This document shows positions 9,876-19,827 of a DNA stretch of 64,000 bases, one piece after another. Numbering within the stretch: the first letter of the stretch is position 1; each line of letters starts with the position of its first letter. The position numbers and the translations under genes are program-made. Under the pieces are notes generated by a model, which searched no databases, was not told the origin of the DNA, and saw only the letters and a program-made list of their open reading frames with translations. The DNA comes from Pelagomonas calceolata. Taxonomy: Eukaryota. The stretch covers positions 4,030,001 through 4,094,000 of the forward strand of contig CAKKNE010000002.1 in the NCBI GenBank assembly GCA_918797485.1, in the 5' to 3' direction.

Positions 9876-12800
9876 ATGCGCTACCTCGAGATCCTCGCCT
9901 CCTACGTGCCCCAGGTCGTCGTAAGACATCTGCTGGATAGCCCGGACGCCCCGACGCCGAGTAGAAAAACGCTAGAGACGGTCTGTATGTTTTGCGACGT
10001 GTCGGGCTTTACACGTTTGACGGAGCGTTTGGCAATTACAGGAGAGGGCGCCGAGGGCCTGAAGAAGACGTTGAATTCGTACTTCGGGCAGCTGAACCGC
10101 ATCGTCGCGGGCCACGGCGGCGACATTTTTAAATTCGCGGGCGACGCCGTGATAGTCCTGTGGCCCGCCGACGAGCCTCTTCAGTTAATAGCGCGGCGCG
10201 CGGCGCGGTGCGCTTTGGAAGTGCAGGCCGCCTTGCATTCTGATAGTGAAGATAGTTTGAGCGTGAAGATCGGACTGGGGGTCGGACAAGCGGCGACGCT
10301 GCACGTAGGTGGGAATAATGGAAGAGCGGAGTGTATTTGTGTCGGGCCCCTCATGGCCCAGGCTTTTGCTGGAGAAGGTCACGCGTCTCCGGGCGACGTC
10401 ATCGCGTCGAAGGAGTGCTGGGCACTAATCCGGTCTCATTTCTCCGGGACGGTACAAGGAGACGGCTTCGTGAAGATCATCAGAGCGCGCACGTCGCTGA
10501 AGCAAAAAGGCCTCTCGCAGAAACTATCCAAGCGCCTGCGGAAGGCGCCGCCCGCCGTCGCTGAAAGATTGGAGGCCTACGTGCCCCGCGCGGTCCTCGC
10601 GTCCCTAAAAGGCCGGAGCGGCGGTAGGGATGCGGAGCGCTGGGCGGGGGAGACGGTCTCGTGCTGCTGCGTCTTCATGGACCTGGGGCTCGATGGCGAC
10701 ACCTTGGACCGGGCTTTGCATGATGATGGAGCTTTACGAAGCGTCCACGCGGCCTTTGCTGCCGCCCAGGCCGCGGTCTACGCGTACGAAGGCGCGGTGA
10801 ACAAGTTTTTACATGATGACAAGGGCTCGACATTAATCGCCTGCTGGGGCCTGCCCCCCTACGCCTTCGCGGACGACGCCACGCGATGCGTCCGGGCGGC
10901 GCTGCGGGCATTCGCGTCATTGACGGAGCTAGGATTGACACCATCAATAGGCGTCACGAAGGGCGACGCCTACTGCGGCGTCACGGGGTCGATCCAGCGG
11001 CGCGAGTACACGGTGCTGGGCGACTCCATCAACCTCGCGGCGCGCCTCATGGCCCAGAAGAACGGAGTGGTCGTGGACGCGGCCATCGCCTCCGAAACAT
11101 CTCTAAATGTGGAAGCTCTGGGCGAGGTCCAGGTCAAGGGCCGGAACGCGCCCGTGGCCATCTACCGACCGACCGATACAATTCGGGAAACTCACGACGA
11201 GGACCGCGTCTGCACCATACCGTCGTCGTCAGCAAGACGGCCGTCCTCTTCCACATGTTTGTGCGCGATTATTGACGTCGAGGCGCCCTCCTCCCCGTCG
11301 AGCGAGTCCGCTTCCATCAAGCGGTGTCGGCACTTGTGGAAAGCTCTGGAAAAGTGCGCCTTCGGCGACGAGAGCCGCGACCGCTTGAAACGGAGGGCCC
11401 TGGACCTGAAGGTCTCGAGTTTTGAGGGAGGCCGCTGCGTCGTGGAGTGCGGGTCGGGTCCTTGGGCGCCCTGCCTCGAGTTAGACTTAGAAGGCTGTGA
11501 GACCGTGCGCGACTTAAGACTGCGAGCCCACGCGGCGGCCGTCTCCCAACGACTCGTCTCGGGCCGGCGGCCCTCGACGACGCGGCACGCCCAAAGGTCG
11601 CCCTTCCACCGGGCGCTACGGACGGCCTCGCCGCGGATGCCCTTCTTCTTCCGCACGCCCACCTCATCTGAGAGCGACGGCTTCTTCGCCGACAAACCGC
11701 CGCCGGGCGCGCACGCCTTCGTGCTCAAGGTCCGCGGGTGCCGCTGCTGGCTGCCCGACGATTTACCATTAAACGACATGTTGGGCTTCGTGGCGGCCCA
11801 GCTCGAAGTGCCCGAAGGCGACCTGCGGGCGCCGGGCACGGGGCCGCACGCGTGGCCGAGTGGCGGCGGTTGCGTGCGATTATGTCTCGTACCAAAAGAA
11901 AACGTGTTGGACCTGACGAGCCGCGCGGCGCGGGTGCGCGCCGCGCTCTTCGCCGGGTTGCGGGAGGGCGGTCTTGTGGTTGTGGAGGGCGAGGCCGGCG
12001 TCGGCAAGACGCGGCGCCTGGAGGCGTTTGCGACGAGCGCCGACGCGGCCGGGCTGGTCGTGACGCGCTCCATTAATGATGATGGCGACGTCCTCGTCGT
12101 CGACGACGCCCAAAACCTGGACGCGTCGGGCTGGCGCGCGCTGCGCTCAAAGGAGGGTCTCGTCGTCGTGGCCACGCGGCCGCTGCGGACCTGGCCGCCC
12201 TGGCGCGGCGAGGCCTTGTACGAGGCGCGCAAAGTGGTCGAGGGGAGTTTGGTGTTGGACGGCCTCCCGCGCGAAGAGCTCGACCTGATCGTTTCGACGA
12301 AAGTGGCGGCGGACGTGAGTCACGAGTTTAGTGAAGCCGTCGCCGCCTACGCGCAAAACAACCCGGCCGTCGCCGTCGAGTTAATCGATGAACTCGCGGA
12401 CCGCCAGCAGCTCCTCAAAACAAACGGCGTCGTGTCATTTATAGGAGACGAGTTCCCTTTGTCCGAAAAAACGCGCGGCGCCATGACCGAGCGCCTCAAC
12501 GGCCTCGAGGCGGCGGCATTAGTGGTTCTCAAGGCCGCCTGCGTCGCGGATCGACCGGTACACCGCCGCGACCTCGTCGAGTGCCACGGCGTCGCCGAGG
12601 GCGGCCGCGCGGCGCGCGATTTACAAGCGGGCGTGCGCATGCTCGAGCGAAGTGGTTTGTTGCGGTTGGTCGGTGACGATGTGGTGGACGTGGCGCACGG
12701 CGCGCCGATGCGCGCGACGTGCCTGAGGAGGACGCTCGTCGCCGACGCGCAACTCATTTCAGATAGGCTTGTAAGGCTGGAAGCGAGGCAGCGTTTGATG

Positions 12801-13760
12801 AGGTCGCCGTCGTCGTCATCGGCGTCGGACGCGTCGGACGTCTCCATATTGAGGGAGGGCCCTTTACTAGTCTTCAAGCGCCGCGACGCCGTGAACAAGG
12901 TGCGCCGCGTGTCTACGGGCCGGCCCGGCGACTCGTATCGGTTACGGCACGCCGTCCTCACTTCCAAACAATTCGCGGTCTACGGCTCTGCTGAAGATTT
13001 CGTGGAGGGGCGGCCGCCGAAACTGGTGCTGGACACGCCCTTCGACGTGTTCGCGGAGGACGGCGTCCTGCGTCTTACAAAGGGGAGCCAGAGGGACGTC
13101 CTCGTCCGGTCGCCGGACCGTATTACATTAGAGGAGTGGCGCCTCACGCTGCGGGGCATCAGTGCTGAGACTGCGAAGCCGCCGCCGTCGCCCGACCGGC
13201 CTCCCTCACCTCCCGTGGCCGAGGACCGCGTCCGCATCGTGGTACATCTAAAAAGTGTGCGGGATCTGGTGAATCCGATCCTGGTATCAAAGCCGCTCGT
13301 CGTGTCCTGCACGCTGTCCCTCGACGACGTGCACCGGGCGTCGTCCACGAAGATGTACGTTAATAATGCGGCAACTTGGGACGGGCAGGTCCTGACCTTC
13401 GACGTGGCGCGATCTAAGATGGACGAGCTGCGCCTGACGGTCCGGGACCACCGGCCCTTCGCCGCGCCGGACGTCGTGGGCATCGCGTCGTACGACCTCA
13501 GCGACGTTTCCGACACTGCGGAGGCGCGGTGGGTACCCCTGGCGCCGGCCATGGACGGCTTCGCGAGCGGCGAGCCGCGCGTGTCTCTGGCCGTGCGCGC
13601 GGAGCGGCTAGTATCCGGCGACGCGGCCGCGGCGCCGAAGCAGCCCTGCGCCGTCGACGTGTCCCCGCCGCCGACGCCGCCGCCACCGCTCCCGCCGCGG
13701 CCCTTGCGGGCGTGCAATCGTCGGCGCCGCCCGGCGCCGATTCGTGTGGGGGCTGGCTAA
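9876..13760 (+). CDS. Soluble adenylate cyclase-like (ADCY10-type) with P-loop, PH-like and C2 domains
   Basis: FCDVSGFT and GDIFKFAGDA (C1); NKFLHDDKG and RREYTVLGDSINLAARLM (C2 cyclase); GEAGVGKT P-loop; PH- and C2-like C-terminus. ATG at 9876. Confidence 0.85.
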   Translation: MRYLEILASYVPQVVVRHLLDSPDAPTPSRKTLETVCMFCDVSGFTRLTERLAITGEGAEGLKKTLNSYFGQLNRIVAGHGGDIFKFAGDAVIVLWPADEPLQLIARRAARCALEVQAALHSDSEDSLSVKIGLGVGQAATLHVGGNNGRAECICVGPLMAQAFAGEGHASPGDVIASKECWALIRSHFSGTVQGDGFVKIIRARTSLKQKGLSQKLSKRLRKAPPAVAERLEAYVPRAVLASLKGRSGGRDAERWAGETVSCCCVFMDLGLDGDTLDRALHDDGALRSVHAAFAAAQAAVYAYEGAVNKFLHDDKGSTLIACWGLPPYAFADDATRCVRAALRAFASLTELGLTPSIGVTKGDAYCGVTGSIQRREYTVLGDSINLAARLMAQKNGVVVDAAIASETSLNVEALGEVQVKGRNAPVAIYRPTDTIRETHDEDRVCTIPSSSARRPSSSTCLCAIIDVEAPSSPSSESASIKRCRHLWKALEKCAFGDESRDRLKRRALDLKVSSFEGGRCVVECGSGPWAPCLELDLEGCETVRDLRLRAHAAAVSQRLVSGRRPSTTRHAQRSPFHRALRTASPRMPFFFRTPTSSESDGFFADKPPPGAHAFVLKVRGCRCWLPDDLPLNDMLGFVAAQLEVPEGDLRAPGTGPHAWPSGGGCVRLCLVPKENVLDLTSRAARVRAALFAGLREGGLVVVEGEAGVGKTRRLEAFATSADAAGLVVTRSINDDGDVLVVDDAQNLDASGWRALRSKEGLVVVATRPLRTWPPWRGEALYEARKVVEGSLVLDGLPREELDLIVSTKVAADVSHEFSEAVAAYAQNNPAVAVELIDELADRQQLLKTNGVVSFIGDEFPLSEKTRGAMTERLNGLEAAALVVLKAACVADRPVHRRDLVECHGVAEGGRAARDLQAGVRMLERSGLLRLVGDDVVDVAHGAPMRATCLRRTLVADAQLISDRLVRLEARQRLMRSPSSSSASDASDVSILREGPLLVFKRRDAVNKVRRVSTGRPGDSYRLRHAVLTSKQFAVYGSAEDFVEGRPPKLVLDTPFDVFAEDGVLRLTKGSQRDVLVRSPDRITLEEWRLTLRGISAETAKPPPSPDRPPSPPVAEDRVRIVVHLKSVRDLVNPILVSKPLVVSCTLSLDDVHRASSTKMYVNNAATWDGQVLTFDVARSKMDELRLTVRDHRPFAAPDVVGIASYDLSDVSDTAEARWVPLAPAMDGFASGEPRVSLAVRAERLVSGDAAAAPKQPCAVDVSPPPTPPPPLPPRPLRACNRRRRPAPIRVGAG

Positions 13761-13835
13761 TGTTGGATTTCTGTACCATACAAGTTAGGTCTCAGGCTGA
13801 CTACCCGACCGTCGCCGCCGCCGCCGATTATTGCG

Positions 13836-13913
13836 CGGCGTCCCGGCAGGCGTCGACGGCGTGCGCGGCGAATCGGCAGGTGTCGTCGGCGTCCCGGCAG
13901 GCGTCGACGGCGT
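13836..13913. repeat. Short direct repeat (27 bp x2 with a degenerate middle copy)
   Basis: CGGCGTCCCGGCAGGCGTCGACGGCGT at 13836-13862 and 13887-13913. Confidence 0.8.
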
Positions 13914-14369
13914 CGCCGGGGACTCGTCTAGGAACACTAGGAAATAAACAGGCCGTTCCGAGGCCAAGCGGGAAAAGTTCGTGGAGCACGTTTCCGCGGC
14001 CTACGCTCTCGTGGCGTTTGAGTGGGTGTTTGGCGCTAGTTGTGAGCCGCTTAATCTCGCCCCTCGCGTCTCGCTCGCGTCGCTGGTTGAGGCTGAAGTG
14101 GCTTAATGAAACCGCTCGCTATATCAAGCGGCGTAAAGGCGCGGAGATGTTGATGGGCGATGGAAATGGCCCGCGGCGGCGGCGCGGGCGGGACTGGCAG
14201 GTCTGCGAGTCGCGCGCGGCGGTCTGTGAGGCGTGTGGAGCGTGGCCTATTGCTTCACCTTGTCGACGGAGACAACTAAATGTGAAGCGAGCACCGTGTG
14301 CCCAGCAGGTCTCTCTGTCCCACCGTGGGTGTCTGCCTCCTGGGAAACCTGGGTTTTGGGGCCCGCGGG

Positions 14370-14390
14370 CTAGCGGTCGTAAGACACTAG
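14370..14390 (-). promoter_or_regulatory. CTAG-TGTCTTAC-CTAG element upstream of the RING gene
   Basis: CTAGCGGTCGTAAGACACTAG. Confidence 0.7.
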
Positions 14391-14497
14391 CAAGCAAGCC
14401 GGCGGTCTTCTCGTCGTTACGAGGTCGCGCGGGCGCCACAAGAGGTAACAACACAAGCCAGCGCTGGTTCCTGGACCGCTCTACACAACTACAAACC

Positions 14498-15538
14498 ATG
14501 AGCTCCTCGGAGGAACCGCCAGCGCCTCCCTCAGAGACCCGTCCTGCAGAACCGCCACAGCCGCGCGCCTCGACCGGTGGCTTCTCGGAGCACGGCGACG
14601 CCGACACGCCGCCGCCCGCCGGCCGCAGCCGCGGCGACGCCGACGCCGACGTCCCGCCGCCGCCCGCCGACCGTTCCCCGATCCGCCCGGAGACCGCGGC
14701 GCTTGCCGCCGCCGCCGCGACGGAAGCCGATCAGGCCTGCGACTCGACGGCGGCGTTCCTCGCGGACACTGTACCACGCACGCCGGCGCAGCCCAAAACG
14801 AAACAATCAAAAGCCCTGGCGGCGATCGCGTCCGAGCTCGTCTGCTCGATCTGCTGCTCGGTCGCCGCGCGGGCCGTCGTCGCGAACCCCTGCGGCCACG
14901 TGTTTTGTGGCGGTTGTCTGGAAAGGTGGCTGCGGCGGAAGCGCAACTGCCCGAACTGCCAACAACGGCTCGACGCGACGGCGTTCGTGGCCGTCCCCGC
15001 CTTAGATCACGTCGTTTCTGCATTGGTCGACGCGTCGCCGAATCTGCGGAGGAGAGACTCCATAGATAGGCGGCGGAACCGGAGCCCCGTGCCGCCGACG
15101 CCGCCGCCGCCTCCATCGAATGGCTTCGTGACGGCCGCGGAGCTCCTGCGGCGGAGCAACGGCGCGGTGCCGCCGCCGCCGACGCCGGCCGATACTACTA
15201 TCCTCGGCGCCGTGCGCGCGCTGGACCCGCGCTCCGACATCGAGCGCGCCGTCGAGGGCCTCGACGGGCTGGCCATCGCGGGGGGGCGGTCGGATTTGGA
15301 AAGGGCCGTGGACCGGCTGAACGACCTGCCACGGACGTCGCCCGCGCGGACGCCGCCCGTGCGCGCGCGCCGCGGTACCGGCCGCGTGTCGCTCGTCGAG
15401 CGCCAGCGCCAGCACACGGCGGAGCGCCTCGCGCGCCGGCCGCCGAGACCGGTCCCGGGCGCGCCCTATCGCGCCTCGCCCCGGACGCCCTCCGCGGCGG
15501 CGACGCCTCCCGGGCCGCGGCGGTGGCGGAACCCGTGA
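14498..15538 (+). CDS. RING-HC finger protein with Pro-rich disordered flanks
   Basis: CSICCSVAARAVVANPCGHVFCGGCLERWLRRKRNCPNC. ATG at 14498 (MSSSEEPP); the longer ORF-track start is not credible. Confidence 0.8.
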   Translation: MSSSEEPPAPPSETRPAEPPQPRASTGGFSEHGDADTPPPAGRSRGDADADVPPPPADRSPIRPETAALAAAAATEADQACDSTAAFLADTVPRTPAQPKTKQSKALAAIASELVCSICCSVAARAVVANPCGHVFCGGCLERWLRRKRNCPNCQQRLDATAFVAVPALDHVVSALVDASPNLRRRDSIDRRRNRSPVPPTPPPPPSNGFVTAAELLRRSNGAVPPPPTPADTTILGAVRALDPRSDIERAVEGLDGLAIAGGRSDLERAVDRLNDLPRTSPARTPPVRARRGTGRVSLVERQRQHTAERLARRPPRPVPGAPYRASPRTPSAAATPPGPRRWRNP

Positions 15539-15551
15539 TAAGAATTCAAGC

Positions 15552-15740
15552 TTAGGCCCCCTCCTGTGGCGTTTCGCGGGCGCTGAGCGCGGCTTGCGCG
15601 TGTCGCACGCGGTCTTCGGTCCCCGCCGTGAACGGGTGTGAGCTTCCGAGGAAGCGCCGCGCGACCCGTACCGTGTCCTCGAGTGTCGCCACGGCCTCCC
15701 GGAGATCGTCGAGCGTGGCGTCGTCGTCGTGATATGGCGC
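15552..15740 (-). pseudogene. 3' fragment of a MYND-RING-TPR family gene (paralog of 57331-58500)
   Basis: Translates as YHDDDATLDDLREAVATLEDTVRVARRFLGSSHPFTAG...*, matching YKDDGATLDDLREAVTTLDGTGQTARRVLGGAHPITKG of the intact gene. No in-frame ATG before an upstream stop. Confidence 0.75.
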
Positions 15741-15914
15741 CCCGTCCCCGTAAAAAACGTCAATTTCTCTAGGGCCCCAGGAGTCGTAATAGCGGTCTCG
15801 TCGGACCCCATACTACCCCGCCGATAGTCAACTACAAGTATATCGCCTATACATTATGAGAAGGGTACTTTTGGCTGCCCACGCTCGGGACGTGAACATC
15901 TTGATCTGGACCTC

Positions 15915-16850
15915 GCGTAAGTCCGTCGGTCATGGAAAAAATGATCGCGTTATGGTCCATGGTGAAGGTACACGCGCTGATGGTCGCAGGTTTGGGTATG
16001 AAGCCCGATTAGGCGAGATGTTGGGCCCGCGAGACCGTCGACCCGCGCCGAGCATCTTGGGGTCTCGGAGCAATGTAGTAGGCAGTCAGGCCGGTTATCT
16101 GGCCCGTCCCGCAACCGAAGCGCCTGAAAAGCAAATTTACTTTATAAAACACCGGTCTGGGGCCTTTCTGGTGCTCCGTCTCCGCACCGTCGACCGCGGA
16201 GAACGGGCAAGTCGGTCGATTGTGAATAGAACAACGGCGTTATGGTCCATTTGGATGGTGGCGTCGCTGATACTCGCAGGTTCAGGATTGTGGCTCGTTT
16301 ATATATAAACGCGGGGTCGCGAAGTTGCCGATCCGCGCGGCTCTAACGGAATATCTAAAATAGCTCAGTGGGCGCTGATGCGGGTTAGATGGACTCTACC
16401 ACTCACAAACGGAAGGAAACGAACATAAACTCGGGAGTTGTCTGGTAGAGTTCTTCTCCCGCCCTCCGAGCGCGGGCCGTCGGCTCCGGTTCCGTCGAGT
16501 GTGTATGAAAACTGAGCTGGAGTTGATATAATGTTCTATTTGGACGGTGGATGGCGGCGTCAATCGTTGGTGTACTTTGAGGCGCCGTAAGTGTCATCCG
16601 CGAATGTCGCGGGCGGTGCCTTCCGGGAGGCGCGAGGGTATGTTCCCGGGCCGCTACTCTAAAATATTTGGTCTCGGCGAACGACTAGGATGTGTTATGA
16701 ATTTGGGTTATTCTTTTGACGCTATTGAGGCGTATCCTTGAATTTGCTAGTATGTCGATATACGCTAGCTCGGCTTGGCTCTTCCGTTGTATAAACGTGG
16801 GGCCCGGAACAGAATAATCTCGCACCTTGGTACATGGGACTACTTGGGGG
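15915..16850. repeat. Degenerate tandem repeat, period ~290 bp (3, possibly 4 copies)
   Basis: GCGTTATGGTCCAT at 15947 and 16237 with alignable flanks; ATGTTCTATTTGGACGGTGG at 16531 versus ATGGTCCATTTGGATGGTGG at 16242. Confidence 0.6.
16747..16768 (+). promoter_or_regulatory. Degenerate CTAG-N14-CTAG element
   Basis: CTAGTATGTCGATATACGCTAG; same spacing, core diverged. Confidence 0.4.
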
Positions 16851-16928
16851 CGGGCTCGCGCAGCCATCGACGCCATCGACGCGATATATATATATATACA
16901 TTCCTAGCTATACTTACCCTCGTCGTCG

Positions 16929-18461
16929 TCAAGTTGTCTCGCGCCATTCAAAGTCGCCGTCGTCGTTGTCCGGCAGCCGCGCCGCGACATCGTCGTCCTC
17001 GAACAGCTCGCAGGCCTCGTCGAGCTGCAGGATCGCCCGGTCCAACCGATCCAACCGACCTCGCAGCCGCTCGCGCTTCCGCGGGTCGGCGGCCCGCGCG
17101 TCGTCCAAAGAAAAAGGGTCGAGGCCCTCGTCTTTTTCACATTCGAAGCGCCTCCTTTTCAGTAACCGGGCCAAGGCTCGCCGCGTATCAGCCAACACCA
17201 CGACGCGGCTCCTCTCACAATCGGCCTTCCACAGTTGTATGGCACCGCCGGGCCGGTCCGCTTGCCTCGGTAATTCGACGTGCCTCGCAAATCCTAAATG
17301 GAACAACGCGTAGAGCTTCGTCCTGGCATCCTTCGGCGGTAATAAGGCCCGTTCCGCAATGTCGCTCTCGGCCAAATGCTCGTGCTCCGACAGCGCTCTA
17401 TGTAGTCTAGCCGCATCTGAATCGAGCTTCTGCTTCACGAGCGCTCTGACCGTCTCCGACCTAATATAAGCCCTACACCGCTCCGGCTCCAACAAGTAGG
17501 TCTCCTGGCTTTCACCCCGGCCGTACTTCTGCCGCTGCGAACTTACAACACGTATGTGGTCGCCCTGCAATAATTCAAGATCCTGGCCGACCTTTTTGGC
17601 CGCCGCGTCGCCGTGCCTTCGTCTTATTAACGCCTCGACGTCTGCTACTTTTGCCGCATACTTCAAAACGTACGAATTCTCCCTTTCCTCTCTCTGGTCC
17701 GCGTCGTCTTCCGGGTCCGGCGCCGGCGTGATCGGTACGGCCCGCACCGCGCCGAGATCCCACAACGCGGCGGCGACGCGTCGCATGCGTTTGTTGAGTT
17801 TTTTTTCGATGACGTCGAGCGTCGCTTCTCGTCTCAGCAAAGCTTTCAGGGCTCTATGGGAGCAGCGCCACACCGACCCATCGTCGGAATGGAGTGCTTG
17901 GCCCATGGCCGCCGCGCGGCTCTTTGCTTTTGAGGCCGTTTCCGTCGGCAGGTCCCGGTTCTTCTCGTCAAATAAGGTATTCGTGTTCACGTCCCGATAA
18001 TCCTCGACGCCGTCGCACTTCGCTAATACGCCATAAGTCGCTAACTGAGTAAGTAGAGCATCTTCCTGGGCCACCTCCCGGAGCTTTTGTGTAGAACAGC
18101 ACCCCGCTTCCAAACACGCCTCGACGACCTTCGCACCGGCTTGGGTATGCCGTCGCAGCGCCCGTAACGCCCGGGCCTGGCGCGGCCTTCGCAAAACCGC
18201 GTGCAAATCCACCGAGTAGACAGGCGGGCGGCTCTCGTCAATTGATGAATGCCGCGCGCGGCCCTCGCCGTGCTGGAGAAGTGCTACCAATGCTGAGGCC
18301 ACGTCGGGCTGGTCCGGCAGTCGCCTTCTCAGATCTCTTAACGTCAGGCCGTCCGCGTGCTTAAGGAGCAGCGCGCCGACGCGCGCGCACGCGTCGCCGT
18401 GGAACGCCCTTAGGACTTCATCCGCTAACTCGAGCGCCGCGGCGCGCGCTTCTACCGACAT
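16929..18461 (-). CDS. POLR3C: RNA polymerase III subunit RPC3 (C82/RPC62)
   Basis: N-terminal FHGDACARVG...LVALLQHG; C-terminal IAERALLPPKDARTKLYALFHLGFARHVELPRQADR...IQLW and coiled-coil tail. Confidence 0.8.
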   Translation of the reverse strand: MSVEARAAALELADEVLRAFHGDACARVGALLLKHADGLTLRDLRRRLPDQPDVASALVALLQHGEGRARHSSIDESRPPVYSVDLHAVLRRPRQARALRALRRHTQAGAKVVEACLEAGCCSTQKLREVAQEDALLTQLATYGVLAKCDGVEDYRDVNTNTLFDEKNRDLPTETASKAKSRAAAMGQALHSDDGSVWRCSHRALKALLRREATLDVIEKKLNKRMRRVAAALWDLGAVRAVPITPAPDPEDDADQREERENSYVLKYAAKVADVEALIRRRHGDAAAKKVGQDLELLQGDHIRVVSSQRQKYGRGESQETYLLEPERCRAYIRSETVRALVKQKLDSDAARLHRALSEHEHLAESDIAERALLPPKDARTKLYALFHLGFARHVELPRQADRPGGAIQLWKADCERSRVVVLADTRRALARLLKRRRFECEKDEGLDPFSLDDARAADPRKRERLRGRLDRLDRAILQLDEACELFEDDDVAARLPDNDDGDFEWRETT

Positions 18462-18662
18462 GCTGCTGTCGCGCGGCTGGCGTTAGCGGTGGCCGCAGCG
18501 TGTGTCGCTGCAGAGAGCACTTGCCGTGCGCGCCTTGCTGGGAGTCCTAGCGCGCGGCTTTTTGCCTTGCTCTGGTCCAGGACGAGCGATGCGACTTCTA
18601 GGCTAGCGTAACGCCCAGAATGGCTGCTGCAAGCCCTGAAATGCAGCTCCGCCAATCGCTTG

Positions 18663-18684
18663 CTAGTGTCTTACACGACGCTAG
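18663..18684 (+). promoter_or_regulatory. CTAG-TGTCTTAC-CTAG element (RPC3 / TPR divergent region)
   Basis: CTAGTGTCTTACACGACGCTAG. Confidence 0.7.
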
Positions 18685-18835
18685 CGCAGTTCGAGGGTTC
18701 AACTTACTCAGCGTGGCGTGAGAGCGTTGTTCCCACGCTACAGCAGCGCCAGGGATCGCCCATACAGCTGTGCGAACGATCATCCATTGTTCAGCATCAC
18801 AACAGCTCAACAACAGCGTTAGACTTGCCACCACA

Positions 18836-19795
18836 ATGCGAGCAATGACGCTGCGCTGCATCCTCGCGGTGACAGCGGCATTGGCACCGCATCATCATGA
18901 CAACGGCCGAACCGCGCGGAGGTTGATCACAGCTGAAGCGAGCCCTGGAAAAGCTCCGCGCGCGGCCGACTCAGACCGCCGCGGCGCGTTGCACCGGTTC
19001 GCGGCCGGCGCAACCGCCGTCGTAGCGCCGCGAGCCTATGCCAAGCCGCCGCCGACGCTGCAGGGCGCCTACGCCTCGTTCAACGCCGGCAAGTACGACG
19101 AGGCCTTGACGGCGTTCGAGGCGCTGACGACCGCGGACGACAACGACGCGACGGCCTGGGAGGGCAAGGGCACCGTGGAGCTGATCCTCGGCTCCCAAAA
19201 AGCGACGCTCGGCGTGGAGCCCACGGGCACCGCGAAGGAGCTCTGCGAGCGCGCGGTGGCGTCGCTGCAGCGGTCGGCGTCGCTCTCCGACGACGCTCTG
19301 ACGCTCAACAACCTAGGCAACGCCCAGGCCGTCTTGCTGCGCTGGAGCGACGCGGCCGAATCGTACCAGAAGTCGTTGGATGCGGCGCTGGCGTCGAAGC
19401 GCGACCGCGGCCTTGCTTCGATCCCCGCATCCAATAGAGCGCAGGTGGCGATCGAGCTTGGCGATTTGAAGGACGCGGCGCGGCGCACCGAAAATCTGTT
19501 GCGGAGGGACCCCAACTTCGTCGACGGCCGCGCCCTGCTCGCGGCGATCCGCTACAAGCTGGGCGACGCGAACGGCGCCGAGGAAAGCTACGCGCAGCTC
19601 TGCGTCCCGGGCGTAAAGTCGCAGCGCGGCGCGGTCTTCACCGACGGCATCGGCGGCAGCGACTGGTGCGAGCTCTACGCGTCGACCGACGTCGTCAGGG
19701 GCCGCTGGACGCCGACGACCATCGGGGCCTACGAGGCGTTTCTGAAGAGCAGGGACCCGCGGGCCCGGGTCGCCGCGAATACCAGAGACTTATAA
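18836..19795 (+). CDS. TPR protein, probably plastid/thylakoid-lumen targeted
   Basis: Signal peptide, then twin-Arg DRRGAL...AYA motif, then TPRs (LNNLGNAQAVLLRWSDAAESY, NRAQVAIELG, RDPNFVDGRALLAA) and a C-terminal RWTP. Confidence 0.7.
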   Translation: MRAMTLRCILAVTAALAPHHHDNGRTARRLITAEASPGKAPRAADSDRRGALHRFAAGATAVVAPRAYAKPPPTLQGAYASFNAGKYDEALTAFEALTTADDNDATAWEGKGTVELILGSQKATLGVEPTGTAKELCERAVASLQRSASLSDDALTLNNLGNAQAVLLRWSDAAESYQKSLDAALASKRDRGLASIPASNRAQVAIELGDLKDAARRTENLLRRDPNFVDGRALLAAIRYKLGDANGAEESYAQLCVPGVKSQRGAVFTDGIGGSDWCELYASTDVVRGRWTPTTIGAYEAFLKSRDPRARVAANTRDL

Positions 19796-19827
19796 TGTGT
19801 GATAGTAACTTAGCCACTCTACCAAGT

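Noticed and set aside
13529..14497. N-terminal 323 aa of the 669-aa ORF
   Set aside because: Non-ATG start, overlaps the cyclase CDS and crosses the promoter element. The credible start is ATG 14498.
15856..16308. 150-aa ATG ORF on the plus strand
   Set aside because: Atypical codon usage, lies within the non-triplet 290-bp repeat, and has no recognisable motif.
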